Source: Eledone cirrhosa (Eukaryota). Taken from it: 64,000 bases of DNA. Where the stretch lies: the NCBI GenBank assembly GCA_964016885.1, contig OZ024745.1:124310001-124374000 (forward strand). Reading direction: 5' to 3'. The position numbers and the translations under genes are program-made. Below are positions 40,680 through 52,680 of this stretch, in pieces; within the stretch, counting starts at the first letter, position 1; each line of letters opens with the position of its first letter. A model generated the notes under the pieces. It worked only from the letters and a program-made list of their open reading frames with translations. It was not told where the DNA came from and searched no databases.

Positions 40680-41740
40680 ACTGTAGATTGTCAAGGTCTC
40701 AGTGACATCGAAGAGAAAGGGATAAAAGACAGCTTGTAGACTTTTAACTTAGTCATGATAGTAATGTCTTTCCTATTCTTCTAATATTTTTCCTTGAGTC
40801 TGCCAAACACAGAGCTGGCCCTGGCGATCCTGCACTCTACTTCTTCAACAATATTTGCTCATTTAGAAAGAGTGCTACCTTGGTAGACGAATTTATCAAA
40901 AGCTGCCAGTTTTTGTTCCTTTGCGGTGATGATTATTTTTTCTTTTTATAGGTGATATCATGGATGAGTGGGTTCCTCACTTTATTTTTATTGGTGCTTA
41001 TGGTGATTCTAAAATTGTCACAGGCTTGAGAAAATAAGTCCAAACTTGCTTATATGCCACTTTCTGAACTGGTGTTGAGAGTATAATCATTAGCATATGT
41101 CCTCCTCGACATATCTCTAGCACTTGAGGCTGTTCTGATTGAAGATTCTGCCACCATCAAATCTGTATTTGGTACCTACACTTATGTTTGTGCTTGTGTA
41201 AGCATCAGAAAACACAGCAGGGAAGACCATGCTATAAAGTGTAGATGCCTTATTTACTCCGTTGGTAACTAGGAATGGTTCAGAAAACTCACTGTTAACT
41301 TCTTAACTTGCAAACATTCTTTTGTGGAATTAACTGATTATTGAGATGACCTTTTCTAGACACCTCAACTCAGCCAAGATTTTCCATAGACATTCCCTTG
41401 AGATGGTGTCAAAATATTTTGTCAGATCCACAAAAGTGGTGTGAGGGACCTAATCTGCTACAGTCAAAAATCTTATCCAATATGCTGTGATAAGCTCTAA
41501 AGCGACACTAGATCTCTAATAGAAAATCATTCTCCTGGTGATTAACCAGTCGACTGACCATTAGTCTGGCTGAAGCCTTTCCTGTGATGGACAGTAAAGA
41601 GATGCCACGTTGGTTGTCACAGATATAGATGTTTTCTTTTCTTTTGTACAAGTGAACAATAGAAGCATATTTGAAGTCTTGGGGAATGTTTTTCTGTTAC
41701 AATAACATTGAATTGGCATGCAATCTCTGAACCCGATCTA
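40680..41740 (-). mobile_element. RTE (BovB-like) RT fragment, decayed
   Basis: - strand ICDNQRGISLLSITGKA, TTFVDLTKYFDTI, FDKFVYQGSTLS, IVEEVECRIARASSVFGRL. Confidence 0.82.
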
Positions 41741-41799
41741 TCCTCTATTCTCTGTTTTTGTTTGCATAATCCTGTTAATATATATAACTAAGTCTGCAA

Positions 41800-42090
41800 T
41801 CAACATCTGATGAAATCATCTAAGTCTTGCATCATGATCATATGATGAAACTGGGCCATTGAAATATGTATAGTGCTTTTGCAGAATTAAAATTTTAAAG
41901 AAAGATTCAAGTCTGGCCTTCTGCTGTTTGTTATGAATATTTATTTCCATTCCGGCACTAGCCAGGGGATACCACATCTACGATGAATGATATGCATAAC
42001 GTTGAGTGCTTTAATTTAGGCATCATCGTTTACTAACCAGAATCACCTGTTCTACCTATTGGTAAACAACATAACATAAATGATATATAT
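41800..42090 (+). mobile_element. Degenerate hammerhead-bearing element ending at (TA)n
   Basis: acat-CTGATGA-aatcat...atgat-GAAAC-tgg-g-cca (41807-41860), ttgagtgctt at ~42002, then (TA)n. Confidence 0.55.
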
Positions 42091-42787
42091 ATATGCTCAC
42101 ACACATATATGATAAGTATAAATCAAAATTATGGCTGCAGTATGGGAGATAACAATCAAATTGTTTGAGGCAGTCACAAAGCACTCAATGGTGTAAAAAT
42201 TTAATACATTTTCTTCCAAAGTAAACAAATGCGCCTGTGTGTGATGTGTTTTTATATTTACTCTTCACTTATGTTCTGTATCTGACTAGAAAAATATCTA
42301 CTATAGGCTCAATATGTTGATAGAGAAACATGAAATCCATTTCTTTGGAAATTATAGTTTCTCTGAAGTATTTCATACTTGAGATGATGCAAAGTCTACA
42401 TGGATATTACTGAAGGCATAATATTACGAGAGAACATTTTTGAGAACTACAATTTTGTCATGCAGTGGTCAACTCTTTTATCTTGTCTATTATTCTTGTC
42501 CTTTTATTTATATTTATATCTAGAAGTTAAAGTGCTTCAGGAAGTGTTATATATAATTGTTTGTGGGAAAATACTGATTCCTTTTTTAACCCACATTTGC
42601 ATTGAGATTATGTTATCAAAATTATTCACAATGTATGATGGTGCTCCAGCATGTGCACAGCTTGATAGTAAATTAAAAAAAAAAAAATATTCATTACAGA
42701 ACACAATGAAAGGATCAGATTATTTATAAAACTTTTCTCCTCATGTATGCTTAAACACACATGCACATATATATATAATATATATGT

Positions 42788-43470
42788 AATGAAGATCATT
42801 GGTTTTTAAGTCAATGTTCTCCGGCCAACATCTAGCTCACTCAATGCCAAATTGCAGAATGCAACTGCAACCAGCTGTTCAGAGTGCACGCATTTAGTTA
42901 ATAGCAGTTCCGACGACTGTATTTTGGTAGGGATAGTGTAAAAATCTCAAGTCCTGGACGATATCGTTTCTGTGCAACATAACTTCACAAATGCAGATAT
43001 TATATCCATAATGACCAGAAAGTCACACAATATCAGCAGACATTTACATAACTGGACTATTGTATGTCTTCAACAGGTGACCTTTTCATAAGATAGGTCT
43101 ATACAGTACATGTTAGTCATTATTACTGGACAAAGGCGGTGGATTGACAGTATCGATAGAGGGTCAGACGCCATGCTTTGAAGCATAGAGTTACGGCCCT
43201 TTCCATTCTGAGTTCAAATCCCACCGAGGTTAATTTTGCCTTCCATCCTTACGGGGTCTATAAAATAAAGTACCAGTATTGTACTGGGTAATTGCTGGCC
43301 TTGTGCCAAATATAGAAACAATTATTATTGGACAAGGAATCTATAGCAGTTCTGGTCCTTTTCACACTCTGCCCCTAATGAGAGAAAGAGGGAGACTTCT
43401 ATAGTAGACATCCATACATGGTTGCTGGCTGAAAGGAAAGAGTACCCAGGACTAAAGTAGAGTTTAAATA
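42788..43470 (+). pseudogene. Possible fossil ORF continuing in frame across a SINE
   Basis: NEDHWFLSQCSPANI*LTQCQIAECNCNQLFRVHAFS**QFRRLYFGRDSVKISSPGRYRFC...HYYWT[SINE]RNL*QFWSFSHSAPNERKRETSIVDIHTWLLAERKEYPGLK. Confidence 0.4.
43135..43324 (+). mobile_element. SINE family A
   Basis: TSD attatta(c/t)tggacaa. Confidence 0.92.
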
Positions 43471-43489
43471 TTCATTTCATGAAGGCTAA

Positions 43490-43673
43490 ATAATTGTTTC
43501 TACTTTTGACACGAGGCCAGCAATTATCCCAGTGTATTACTAGTACTTTATTTTATCAACCCCGTAAGGATGAAAGACAAAGTTAACCTTGGCGAGATTT
43601 GAACTCAGATCATAAAGGGCCGTAACTCAATGTTGCAAAGCATAGTGTCTGACCATCTACCAATACTGCCAAT
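43490..43673 (-). mobile_element. SINE family A inserted in one arm of a short fold-back element
   Basis: TSD aggctaaataat. Confidence 0.9.
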
Positions 43674-43674
43674 A

Positions 43675-43795
43675 GGCTAAATAATGAGTCTTGTTACTCT
43701 GGAATTTTGCCTGTTTAGCACAGTGTCATCAGACTAGTTAATTAGCCTTAATAACAAGAGTAACAAGGTTCACTATTTAGCCTTAATATAATGAA
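43675..43795 (-). mobile_element. Short fold-back element with a degenerate hammerhead, next to (TA)n
   Basis: Inverted repeat 43675-43700 / 43757-43783. - strand ctagt-CTGATGA-cactgt-gctaa-acaggc-AAAA-ttc-ca-gagTA-acaag. Confidence 0.55.
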
Positions 43796-43854
43796 AAAAA
43801 ATATGTGTATGTGTATATATATATATATGCGTGTGTATATATATATATATATGC

Positions 43855-43922
<68 letters not shown>

Positions 43923-43981
43923 ATATATATATATGTGTGTGTGTATATATATATATATGTGTGTGTGTATATATATATATA

Positions 43982-44037
<56 letters not shown>

Positions 44038-44632
44038 AATATATATGTGCTGGATGTTTCTGTTAAAATAGTCTAGTTTCCTGAAACCTTTGGTAATGGA
44101 ATAATTATATTGTGTTGTTTATTATGTAATCAAATAGCTCTGTACTATACATAGAGCACTCTTCTTTCCTTTACCTTTTCTATGGAAATACATAACACAC
44201 ACGCACACAAATATATATATATATATAAATATACAAACACACAAATGTACATACATATATGTATTTACTCTTTATTGCCATGTACTCTTTATTTTATTAA
44301 CTGTTTAAATACCAGCACAACAATTCTCTCTCTCTCTCTCCATCTCTCTTTCCACTATTTCAATGGAATTTCATTTATTTCCCACCTTCCTGCATTACTA
44401 TTTTCACAACTTATCTGCATCAAATCCTGTCTTCTTTCAAGTTATAATACATTTTATACGTATTTGTTTATGTAATCTTGTTGCTCTCCAAGTGAAATGA
44501 CACTCCATTGTCTCAGTGCTGCTATTATGTCTCATATGCATCTTTCCAGCAGCTTGTTCTTTGGCTATTGCCAAGATGGATGCTTTAGTTCATTCCTTTC
44601 AAATTTGTGTCTGTATGCATATACATATACAT

Positions 44633-44751
<119 letters not shown>

Positions 44752-44759
44752 CATATATA

Positions 44760-45050
44760 CAATATTAAATAAATGGAAAACTATATTTATAAAACCATAT
44801 CTATTTCACTATATATATTTCGGGGATATCATATTAACAATATGCTATGCCTTCACCAGGCATAGCATATTGTTAATATGATATCCCCGAAATATATATA
44901 GTGAAATAGATATGGTTTTATAAATATAGTTTTCCATTTATTTAATATTATTTAATATTGTAAATATACTCCAAATATTTGTCGAGTGCTTTTATATCAG
45001 TTATAAATATTTACTAGTTGTAACCCAACAATTTTAAATATAACTTTACA
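44760..45050 (+). mobile_element. Fold-back Penelope-like remnant (~90-bp perfect arms plus tail) in (TA)n
   Basis: Perfect inverted repeat around ttcaccag (~44852-44859). - strand CTGGTGA-aggcatagcatatt-gtt-aatatgatatcccc-GAAA-tatatata. tcgagtgctt in the tail. A relative lies at 56480-56655. Confidence 0.75.
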
Positions 45051-45059
45051 TGTATATAC

Positions 45060-45136
<77 letters not shown>

Positions 45137-45227
45137 TTTTGAAGTTTCCGTTGAAAATCGAAAAAGTCATAGGAGTGAAGAGTGCTCTATGTAAGTTACA
45201 GAGATGAATTTAATGTATATATATATA

Positions 45228-45549
45228 TCATCATCATTGATGAAGTAAGATGTAGATATTCATAATTCCTTTATATTCATAATCAGACATGATATATATT
45301 TCAATAGCATTCATTGCTACATGATGCTTCAATCATGCAAACCAGCAACAGGATATTATCATGAATGAAGGAATTATAAATATCTACATTTGACCTTCAC
45401 AATTATCATTATTGTACATTTACTTCATCATGGACTAACAAATCGTATTTGGAAGAATACACACGACATTGAGTGCTTAAATCTAATTGCTTCAATCTTC
45501 ACTGATTGGTGTGTTACATACACAACCCTGATTAATCACCATTTCTAAC

Positions 45550-45558
<9 letters not shown>
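45228..45558 (+). mobile_element. Diverged fold-back element in (TA)n
   Basis: tgatgaagtaa..atgtagatatt..ataattcc versus ggaattat..aatatctacat..ttacttcatca. ttgagtgctt in the tail, which resembles 41990-42030. Confidence 0.55.
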
Positions 45559-45603
<45 letters not shown>

Positions 45604-45944
45604 TACCTTTTCAACATATACATATATATATATATAAACGGAAAAAATGAAACGAAATTTCATTTCCCACTCTTAGTACAGCTGTTACTTAAATATAAGT
45701 ATGTACACGTACATACATATATGTATACAGACGTACAGTAGTATGTATATATACATACATGCACACATATATATATGTACGTATGGATTCACCGAACATT
45801 TATTATAATGCTCGGTGTGTTTGTAAACAAACATCCCGTATTAAGCCGTAGTGTCCAGCAACCATCGTTGCTCGTTTGTTCAACACTGACAAAGGAACGC
45901 TGTACTAGTTTCAAGCTTATTAGCTATCGTATATATATATATAC

Positions 45945-46125
45945 GAATGAAAAATGGCGTGCTGTGTGATATACAAATTAAAATGAAGAATTAGAAATAG
46001 AAGCCAGGACTATCCATCATCAGTGGTCTACTAGCCATCATAGGTATTTCTTCGCATTAAAGACCAGATACCTCAGACTAGCGCGAACAATAATTAAAAT
46101 AAGTTATTGGGATAAAAAGAATTGG
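45945..46125 (-). mobile_element. (TA)n-abutting element, same family as 48057-48636
   Basis: Its reverse complement aligns to 48505-48635 and then to 48095-48123. Confidence 0.8.
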
Positions 46126-46157
46126 GTGGAGAAAGAGATATGTATGTATGTATGTAT

Positions 46158-46752
46158 GTCAGGTCACCAGTTGGTGCTACTGGTAACATGTATCCCAGTA
46201 CAACCTGTCCCATTGTCGGGTCGTTGGCGACTAAACTGGCAACCCCACCAAGGTTTCTTGGTGAGGAGGGTAACTTTGGACATCCTGCAGGACTAAGAAC
46301 AAAACCTGTCAAAGGGCAAAGGAGCTCTTAAGAGTCAATGGCCATCCAAAATCACCGGGAGAGATGACCCCTTAGCCTTTGTCAAGGCAGAATTCTAGGA
46401 GAAGGACAACTCTGATATAACACCTGCCACCCTGATGGTATCCAATGATGTTGACTTGTTCTTCTTTTTGGTAAATATCATCTTGGTTAAGAGAGTGGGA
46501 CTGGCTTTGTGCAGTGCCTTTTCTCACTATAAAAACTTCACGGCACAGGCATGGCTTTATATCTGCACTTGTCGTCACATGGTACCATGGGTCCAGCACT
46601 GTGTCAATAATTATCACAAGTGTAGTGTTTGTACCAGAGTTTTCAAGTAGCTGGCTGGACTAAAAAGTCACACTCGTTCAGTGCATCGGTAGGGGTTCTC
46701 CTACATGGATATAAAGTAGTGGCCGTACTCGAAAACGAGTTGGCAGCCACCA
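46158..46752 (+). mobile_element. Non-coding repeat family B, full length, (TATG)n at both ends
   Basis: Four copies in the window. Confidence 0.85.
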
Positions 46753-46891
46753 TGTATGTATGTATGTATGTATGTATGTATGAATATATGTATGTATGCA
46801 TATATGTATGTATATACATACATATATATATATGTATATATGTATGTATGTATGTATGTATATGTATGTATGTATATATATATATATATAT

Positions 46892-47185
46892 TGTACACAA
46901 ATGGCGGACAACAGAGGCCACGTAACGTTCCTCTCCGACTAAAAAGTTTCTCCCTCGGAAAACGCCCCAGTTGATGGATGCGAAATCCGAAATATAGGGA
47001 CAATTAAATCTCTTCCAAGATAACTCTATCACGTGTTATTATTTTTACGCTCTTTTCTACGTTCCTCTACACACTATACGTCTCATTCTACATTTCCTCT
47101 TCCATCTCTCTCTTCACCACCGGATTCTGTTACCCGGAGATTTACACACCTGCATTGTTGAGGCTTCCAAAAGGACCAAATTTTA
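46892..47185 (+). mobile_element. (TA)n-embedded element with a degenerate minimal hammerhead
   Basis: ccc-CAGTTGA-tggat-gcgaa-atcc-GAAA-TATA-ggg (46965-46999). Confidence 0.45.
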
Positions 47186-47265
47186 TATGTATATGCATAT
47201 ATATCTGAAGCTAATAACACTAGGTATCATTGACTCCTGCGTTTGTTTGTTAGTTTGTTATTTTG

Positions 47266-47315
<50 letters not shown>

Positions 47316-47320
<5 letters not shown>

Positions 47321-48022
47321 TAATTCAGCGAGAATCGTATTTCGGCTGATAGAAAAAGCGAAACACAACGCAAAATCGTAGAAATGCTGGCAAGCACTCA
47401 ATAGTTAAGACAAACTAGAGCTAAACAATATGTTAAAACGCCATACAAACTGAATAAGTGGTTAACAAGGCATTAACCACCTATGCCAAAAACAAATCAA
47501 GCTAAACAGGTAAAACAAAATAAATGATAAAACAGACCTGGACCCAAATGGAATTGATGGTAGAATCCAAATGCAGGGTTTCTTTGACACCTAAATCAAT
47601 AATACTGTCTGCTTAAAACTATAAGCTTTCAAGGAATATCACGTTATCAACAGGTAATTTTGCTCTGTAACCAACTTTGCGAGAGCTGCAGAACTTTGTA
47701 AACGCACATGCGTAAGTCACAAGGGGAAATTCCCCATATTTTGGCAAATGAATTCAGTATGTGTATATCATACAAAAAATTGTATAGATAGCACAAATCG
47801 AATAAGCACTCAACCAGGTAGTTTTTAAAATAAACTTATGCAATTAATCTGTCAATAGAATTATTAACAGGTTAATTGTAAGACTCGGGAGATTAATTCA
47901 AATATAATTCAGCGAGAATCGTATTTCGGCTGGTAGAAAAAGCGAAACGAAACGCAAAATCGTAGAAATGCTGGCAAGCGTTCAATAGTTAAGAAAACTA
48001 GAGCTAAACAATATGTTAAAAC

Positions 48023-48028
<6 letters not shown>
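47316..48028. mobile_element. (TA)n-embedded element with ~130-bp terminal direct repeats
   Basis: 47316-47445 is similar to 47900-48028 (few mismatches). (TA)n on both sides. Confidence 0.85.
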
Positions 48029-48056
<28 letters not shown>

Positions 48057-48058
<2 letters not shown>

Positions 48059-48635
48059 CAGTCCCGTTTCTCGATCTATTTTCATTCGCACTCGCAACAC
48101 GCAGCACGCCATTTTTTCATTCACATATAATTTTTTCCCCTCGCTGTGGTTCGTATTTTTTCTATCCCCTCACTGCTATCCTCTTTCTCTCTCCCCTTTC
48201 TCTCTCCTTGTACCTCTTGCTTTATTTCACTCCCTCTGCTGGTCACACACTCTCGGCTGGCCTCTTCCTCACACTTTCACTCACTCACTCTCTGCTATAC
48301 ACCCTCTCTCACTTCCTCCCGTCTGACCTGTGTGAAATCCTTTTCTATCTCACTTTTCGCGTGGTTCGGACGCGACTCCCTCTTGTCGTCGATTGATTTG
48401 TTCGGACTTAAGTTCACAAGATTCATTGACTTGTCTCTCTTTTCCTCTCTTTACGTTGCATTACTACCATGTTGTTTGTTTCCTTTCCCCTTCAAACTCG
48501 CTCTGTCCAAATAACTTATTTTAGTTATCGCTCGCACTGATTTTGAGGTATCTAGTCTTTAATGCGAAGAAATACCAATGATAATCAGCAGACTACTGAT
48601 GATGGACAGTCCCGTTTCTCGGTCTATTTTAATTC

Positions 48636-48636
<1 letters not shown>
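48057..48636 (+). mobile_element. (TA)n-embedded element with ~29-bp terminal direct repeat
   Basis: cagtcccgtttctcg(a/g)tctatttt(c/a)attc at 48059 and 48607. Confidence 0.8.
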
Positions 48637-48688
<52 letters not shown>

Positions 48689-48721
48689 TATATACATAAA
48701 TATATATATATATGCATATAT

Positions 48722-49085
48722 ATCATCATCATCATCATCATCATCGTTTAATGTCTATCTTCCACGCTAGCATGGATTAGACGGGAGTTGTCCTAATTTG
48801 AGGCATGATTGGTCGGGTGACCGTATCTCGCTCATATAGGACTATCTGCATGTTTTCTACGGCTGGATGCCCTTCCTAACACCAACCACATTTACAGTGT
48901 GGACTGGGAACCTTTTACCGTGTTAACTAGATGGCCACATTACAGCGTGAACTGTGTGTTCTTTTGTCGTGACACCTACAAGATCTCGATCTCATTATCT
49001 AATTTATTTGGACTGGATGTTGTGGTACCAACTTTACAGAGAGAGGGTGGTGTTGGTGGGAGTTGGAGGATGGAGTAGGGGTATT
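48722..49085 (-). mobile_element. RTE 3'UTR / RTE-tail fragment
   Basis: Homologous to 5170-5640. Confidence 0.85.
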
Positions 49086-49129
49086 GGATTGGGGTGTATA
49101 GTATATATGTGTATATATATATATATATA

Positions 49130-49285
49130 AAACGAAGGAAGTGTGGTAAGGAACTAGGTGGACCATAACACACCAGAGTACTCAATACTTTGGGTAGTAG
49201 AGTGGGTAATAGGAAAATGTTCAAGACCCCGACGGCAGAGCTCAAGCCGTTTCGATGGCTATTTCTGGACTAGCATCCAGAATAT
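49130..49285 (-). mobile_element. (TA)n-embedded element with an intact hammerhead 3' half
   Basis: - strand GAAAC-GGC-ttgagctct-GCC-GTC|gggg, with attgagtactc downstream. Confidence 0.65.
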
Positions 49286-51097
49286 ATATATATGTGTGTG
49301 TGTGTTAGAATATTTATTTCCCAGTCAATTTGTCTTAATAGTATAAGCAATAAATGATGTACTGATTTCTTTTTATAACTCAATGTTCCTTTAGAAGACC
49401 CTAGTGGAATAATTTAGATACATTGGTTTCCTTGTTTGACACTCAGTCCCAAACCTATGACCAAACACATTCAGTCTCTGATCTTTCCATTATTATTTCA
49501 ACAGTTGTGTATCTGCAAATTTATTGTCCAAGATGTTTCCTCCTATGACTGTAGTGTGATTCGAATGGAATTTAACCACAATACCAAGAATGTCAAGACA
49601 CAGCATGTCATATAAATCAATGACTTTAGAGCAAAAATACTCAGAGATACCTGTTGCATGAAAATTAAAAGTGAACACCAAAGTACATAATCCAAAGAGC
49701 TAATAAATTCTAGATAATTGAAATTATGCCTGTAGTGAGGACAAAATATAATTATCTTAATGAATAATTCTGTCCAAGAAAGAGAAGGGAAAGCTACTCC
49801 CAAATTTAAATTAATTAAAACTAATTGAAAATAGAATGCATTAGGCTGAGAAAGGTGAATATATTTAGGTCTCACTCAATAGTGAAACATAGTAAAAATA
49901 CACTGAGTGATAAATTAACAGAACAACGTTTTTATTTACTTAATCAGTGCCCATTACTATTTTAAGGGCCTTCAAATCCAATAGTAAGGTACTGCTAAAC
50001 AAGAAATCTTTCAAAATGCTTGCAGCAAAGTAGTTTCTGATAAAGGTACTCATGGGTTTAGTGGTGATCTTAAATCAGGTGGAATTCAAACTCAGAATGC
50101 AATGAGTTAGAACAAACGTTATCTGCTGTCCCATCCAATTCTCTAACAATTCTGCTAGTTCACTGCTCTAAACTGATAGTTTAATTCTGGAAGAATTGAT
50201 TTCAATAGGAATTCAATAGGATTTCAATAGGAATTCACAACAGAACACAGGGATCCAGAATAAATATGACAAGGTATTGTGTATGATGGCCTAATGCTTT
50301 TAGCAACCCATCTGCTGGTGTACAAATACGCAGAAATGTTTCTTCAATTTCTATGCTCATTGATGAGAAACAATATTACTGAAATAAATATGAATTTTTC
50401 ATAGTATTGCCAAAACCCTGGGTTTCTTCCCAATGCATTTTGAATAAATTTAAATTTTGGCATGATTTCATCACCTATCTTAATGGACAGATAAGATAGT
50501 TTGTGTATAACAATAGCAGAGAAAAAAAACAGAAGTGACATCAACAGGGCCAGAGGCACTTCCTGAGGTGAGTAAATAAATTGAGTCTCCTTACATTCAT
50601 TCTGGTGACATCAATATTGCATGGCGTCATAAGCTGGTGAGGGAAGGAGTTAAGAAATAGGTGAATTTTTTTTCTGAGTACCCTGAGTACCCTGTAACTC
50701 CTAGAAAAGATCAATAGTAACCAAGACAAGATTCAATTGTTATTTTTCTATGATATAAATATTATCTCATTCTGTGATGTTATGAGATAAAGGCAAGTCA
50801 GAAAAATGTTAGAGTGCTACATTAAAAATTAAAATGTCTTATATAAATCAATATTGTACAAGAAATGAGCTTATGAAATGGTGTTAAATTAAATGATATA
50901 TTAAGCATTGCACTGAAAATTATTCCGGATGTAATTTTGTCTCAATTTTTTTTAAGTGGGGAGGTCGAGGCTTCGGGTTTAATTCAAGAGATTTTATATT
51001 TCCTTTTTAAGCAATTCATCTCTTGTCTGTTTACTGTATTAACAATTCTGATATACAAACATTGTAAATATTGATTGAGGCTAAACTTCAACAATAA

Positions 51098-51133
<36 letters not shown>

Positions 51134-51363
51134 GTGTGTGTATATATATATATGTATATATATATATATGTGTATATATATATATATACATATATATGTA
51201 TATATATGTATATATATATATACATATATATATATGTATATATATACATATATATATGTGTATATATATATATATATACACATATATATATATGTATATA
51301 TGTGTATATCTATATACATATATATGTATATATATGTATATATGTATATACAAATATGTATAT

Positions 51364-51453
<90 letters not shown>
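51098..51453. repeat. Long interrupted (TA)n microsatellite
   Basis: Seen directly. Confidence 0.97.
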
Positions 51454-51934
51454 AAACCAAACAAAAATATGAACCTATTGTCTGAAGAGGCACAATTGCT
51501 GAAGTTCAAAGTCACTGCTGCCATTTTCTTTGCGAAATATAATTTATTCTTTGCTCACATTTATGAAGTATTCATTCAGTTAATGTTTGAACATTCTATG
51601 TACACTCATACATAATGCCCCCTATATTCAGTATAACTACAACCTGTTAAGAAACACACTATCCAAACATTGATAGCTAACATGAAATAGATGCAGCAAT
51701 ATTAAACCCACTTGACCATGAAAAAAACATACATATACACCTGCCAAAAATAACTAACTTAAAAACCTTGTGTAGAAAACTAAAAACAAACAAACAAACA
51801 AACAAACAAGCAAATAAATAAAAAAACAATCTAGTTAACTAACAGCAGCAGACCCCATGGAGACAAAGGAAATATATGAACCTGTAGTTTGGTATTCTCA
51901 CAGAAAATATTTATGTATGTATATTATATAACCT

Positions 51935-52550
51935 GCTTGTATTTTCATTGTTTTGGTGGCTTTTGTAGCATCACAGATGGTTTTCTCCAATGATTCCCAC
52001 GTGTTTTCACATTCCATGGACACAAGAGACTTCGATAGATTACCTCTGACTTCTGTCTTTAGACAAGCCACGTTTAATCAATTTGGAAGCGCAATCTTCC
52101 CCCTAAATCTAGGCTTCACAACAAACTGAAACCTGGCATGCACCAGACAATGGTCAGTCCAACATTCCACGCCTCACAATACATGAACCAATATGATATC
52201 CCTGACATCACGTTTCGTCATTAAAATAAAGTCAATGGAGTGCCACTTGTTTGAACCTGGATGCATCCAAGTTGCCTTATACTTGTCTTTCTGCTGAAAG
52301 AGCGTGTTCCCAACAACAAGATCCATTTCATTGCACACCTGCAACATAAGTAGGCCATTGTTATTGCACTTTTCAACTCCATGCTTGCCTAGGACACGCC
52401 AAGCTTCCCAGTCATTACGGACATGTGCATTAAAATCACCAAGGATAAGAATCTTGTCTGCATAAGGTATACTATGGATGACCTCTTTCAAAGACATGTA
52501 GAAAGCAAGTTTTTCATTATCACTAGTGCACATGGTAGGAGCATACACAC
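51935..52550 (-). mobile_element. RTE APE-endonuclease fragment
   Basis: YAPT...LILGDFNAHV...NNNGLLML...NTLFQQK...TWMHPGSNKWHSIDFIL. Confidence 0.92.
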
Positions 52551-52557
52551 TGTCGCT

Positions 52558-52680
52558 CTCAAGTCGCTTTCAAGTGCTACTGGTAACATGTAAACCTGTA
52601 CAACCTGTCTCATGGCCGTGAAATACAAGACCTGGCAAAGGGCGGATGAACTCACCATTGTCAACAGCCATTCAAATAGT
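52558..52680 (+). mobile_element. Short deleted copy of repeat family B
   Basis: gtgctactggtaacatgta...gtacaacctgtc...acctggcaaagggcgga. Confidence 0.7.

Noticed and set aside
47447-47490. ctgaataag + gtggttaa/ttaaccac hairpin as a hammerhead
   Set aside because: No GAAA box or cleavage strand follows.
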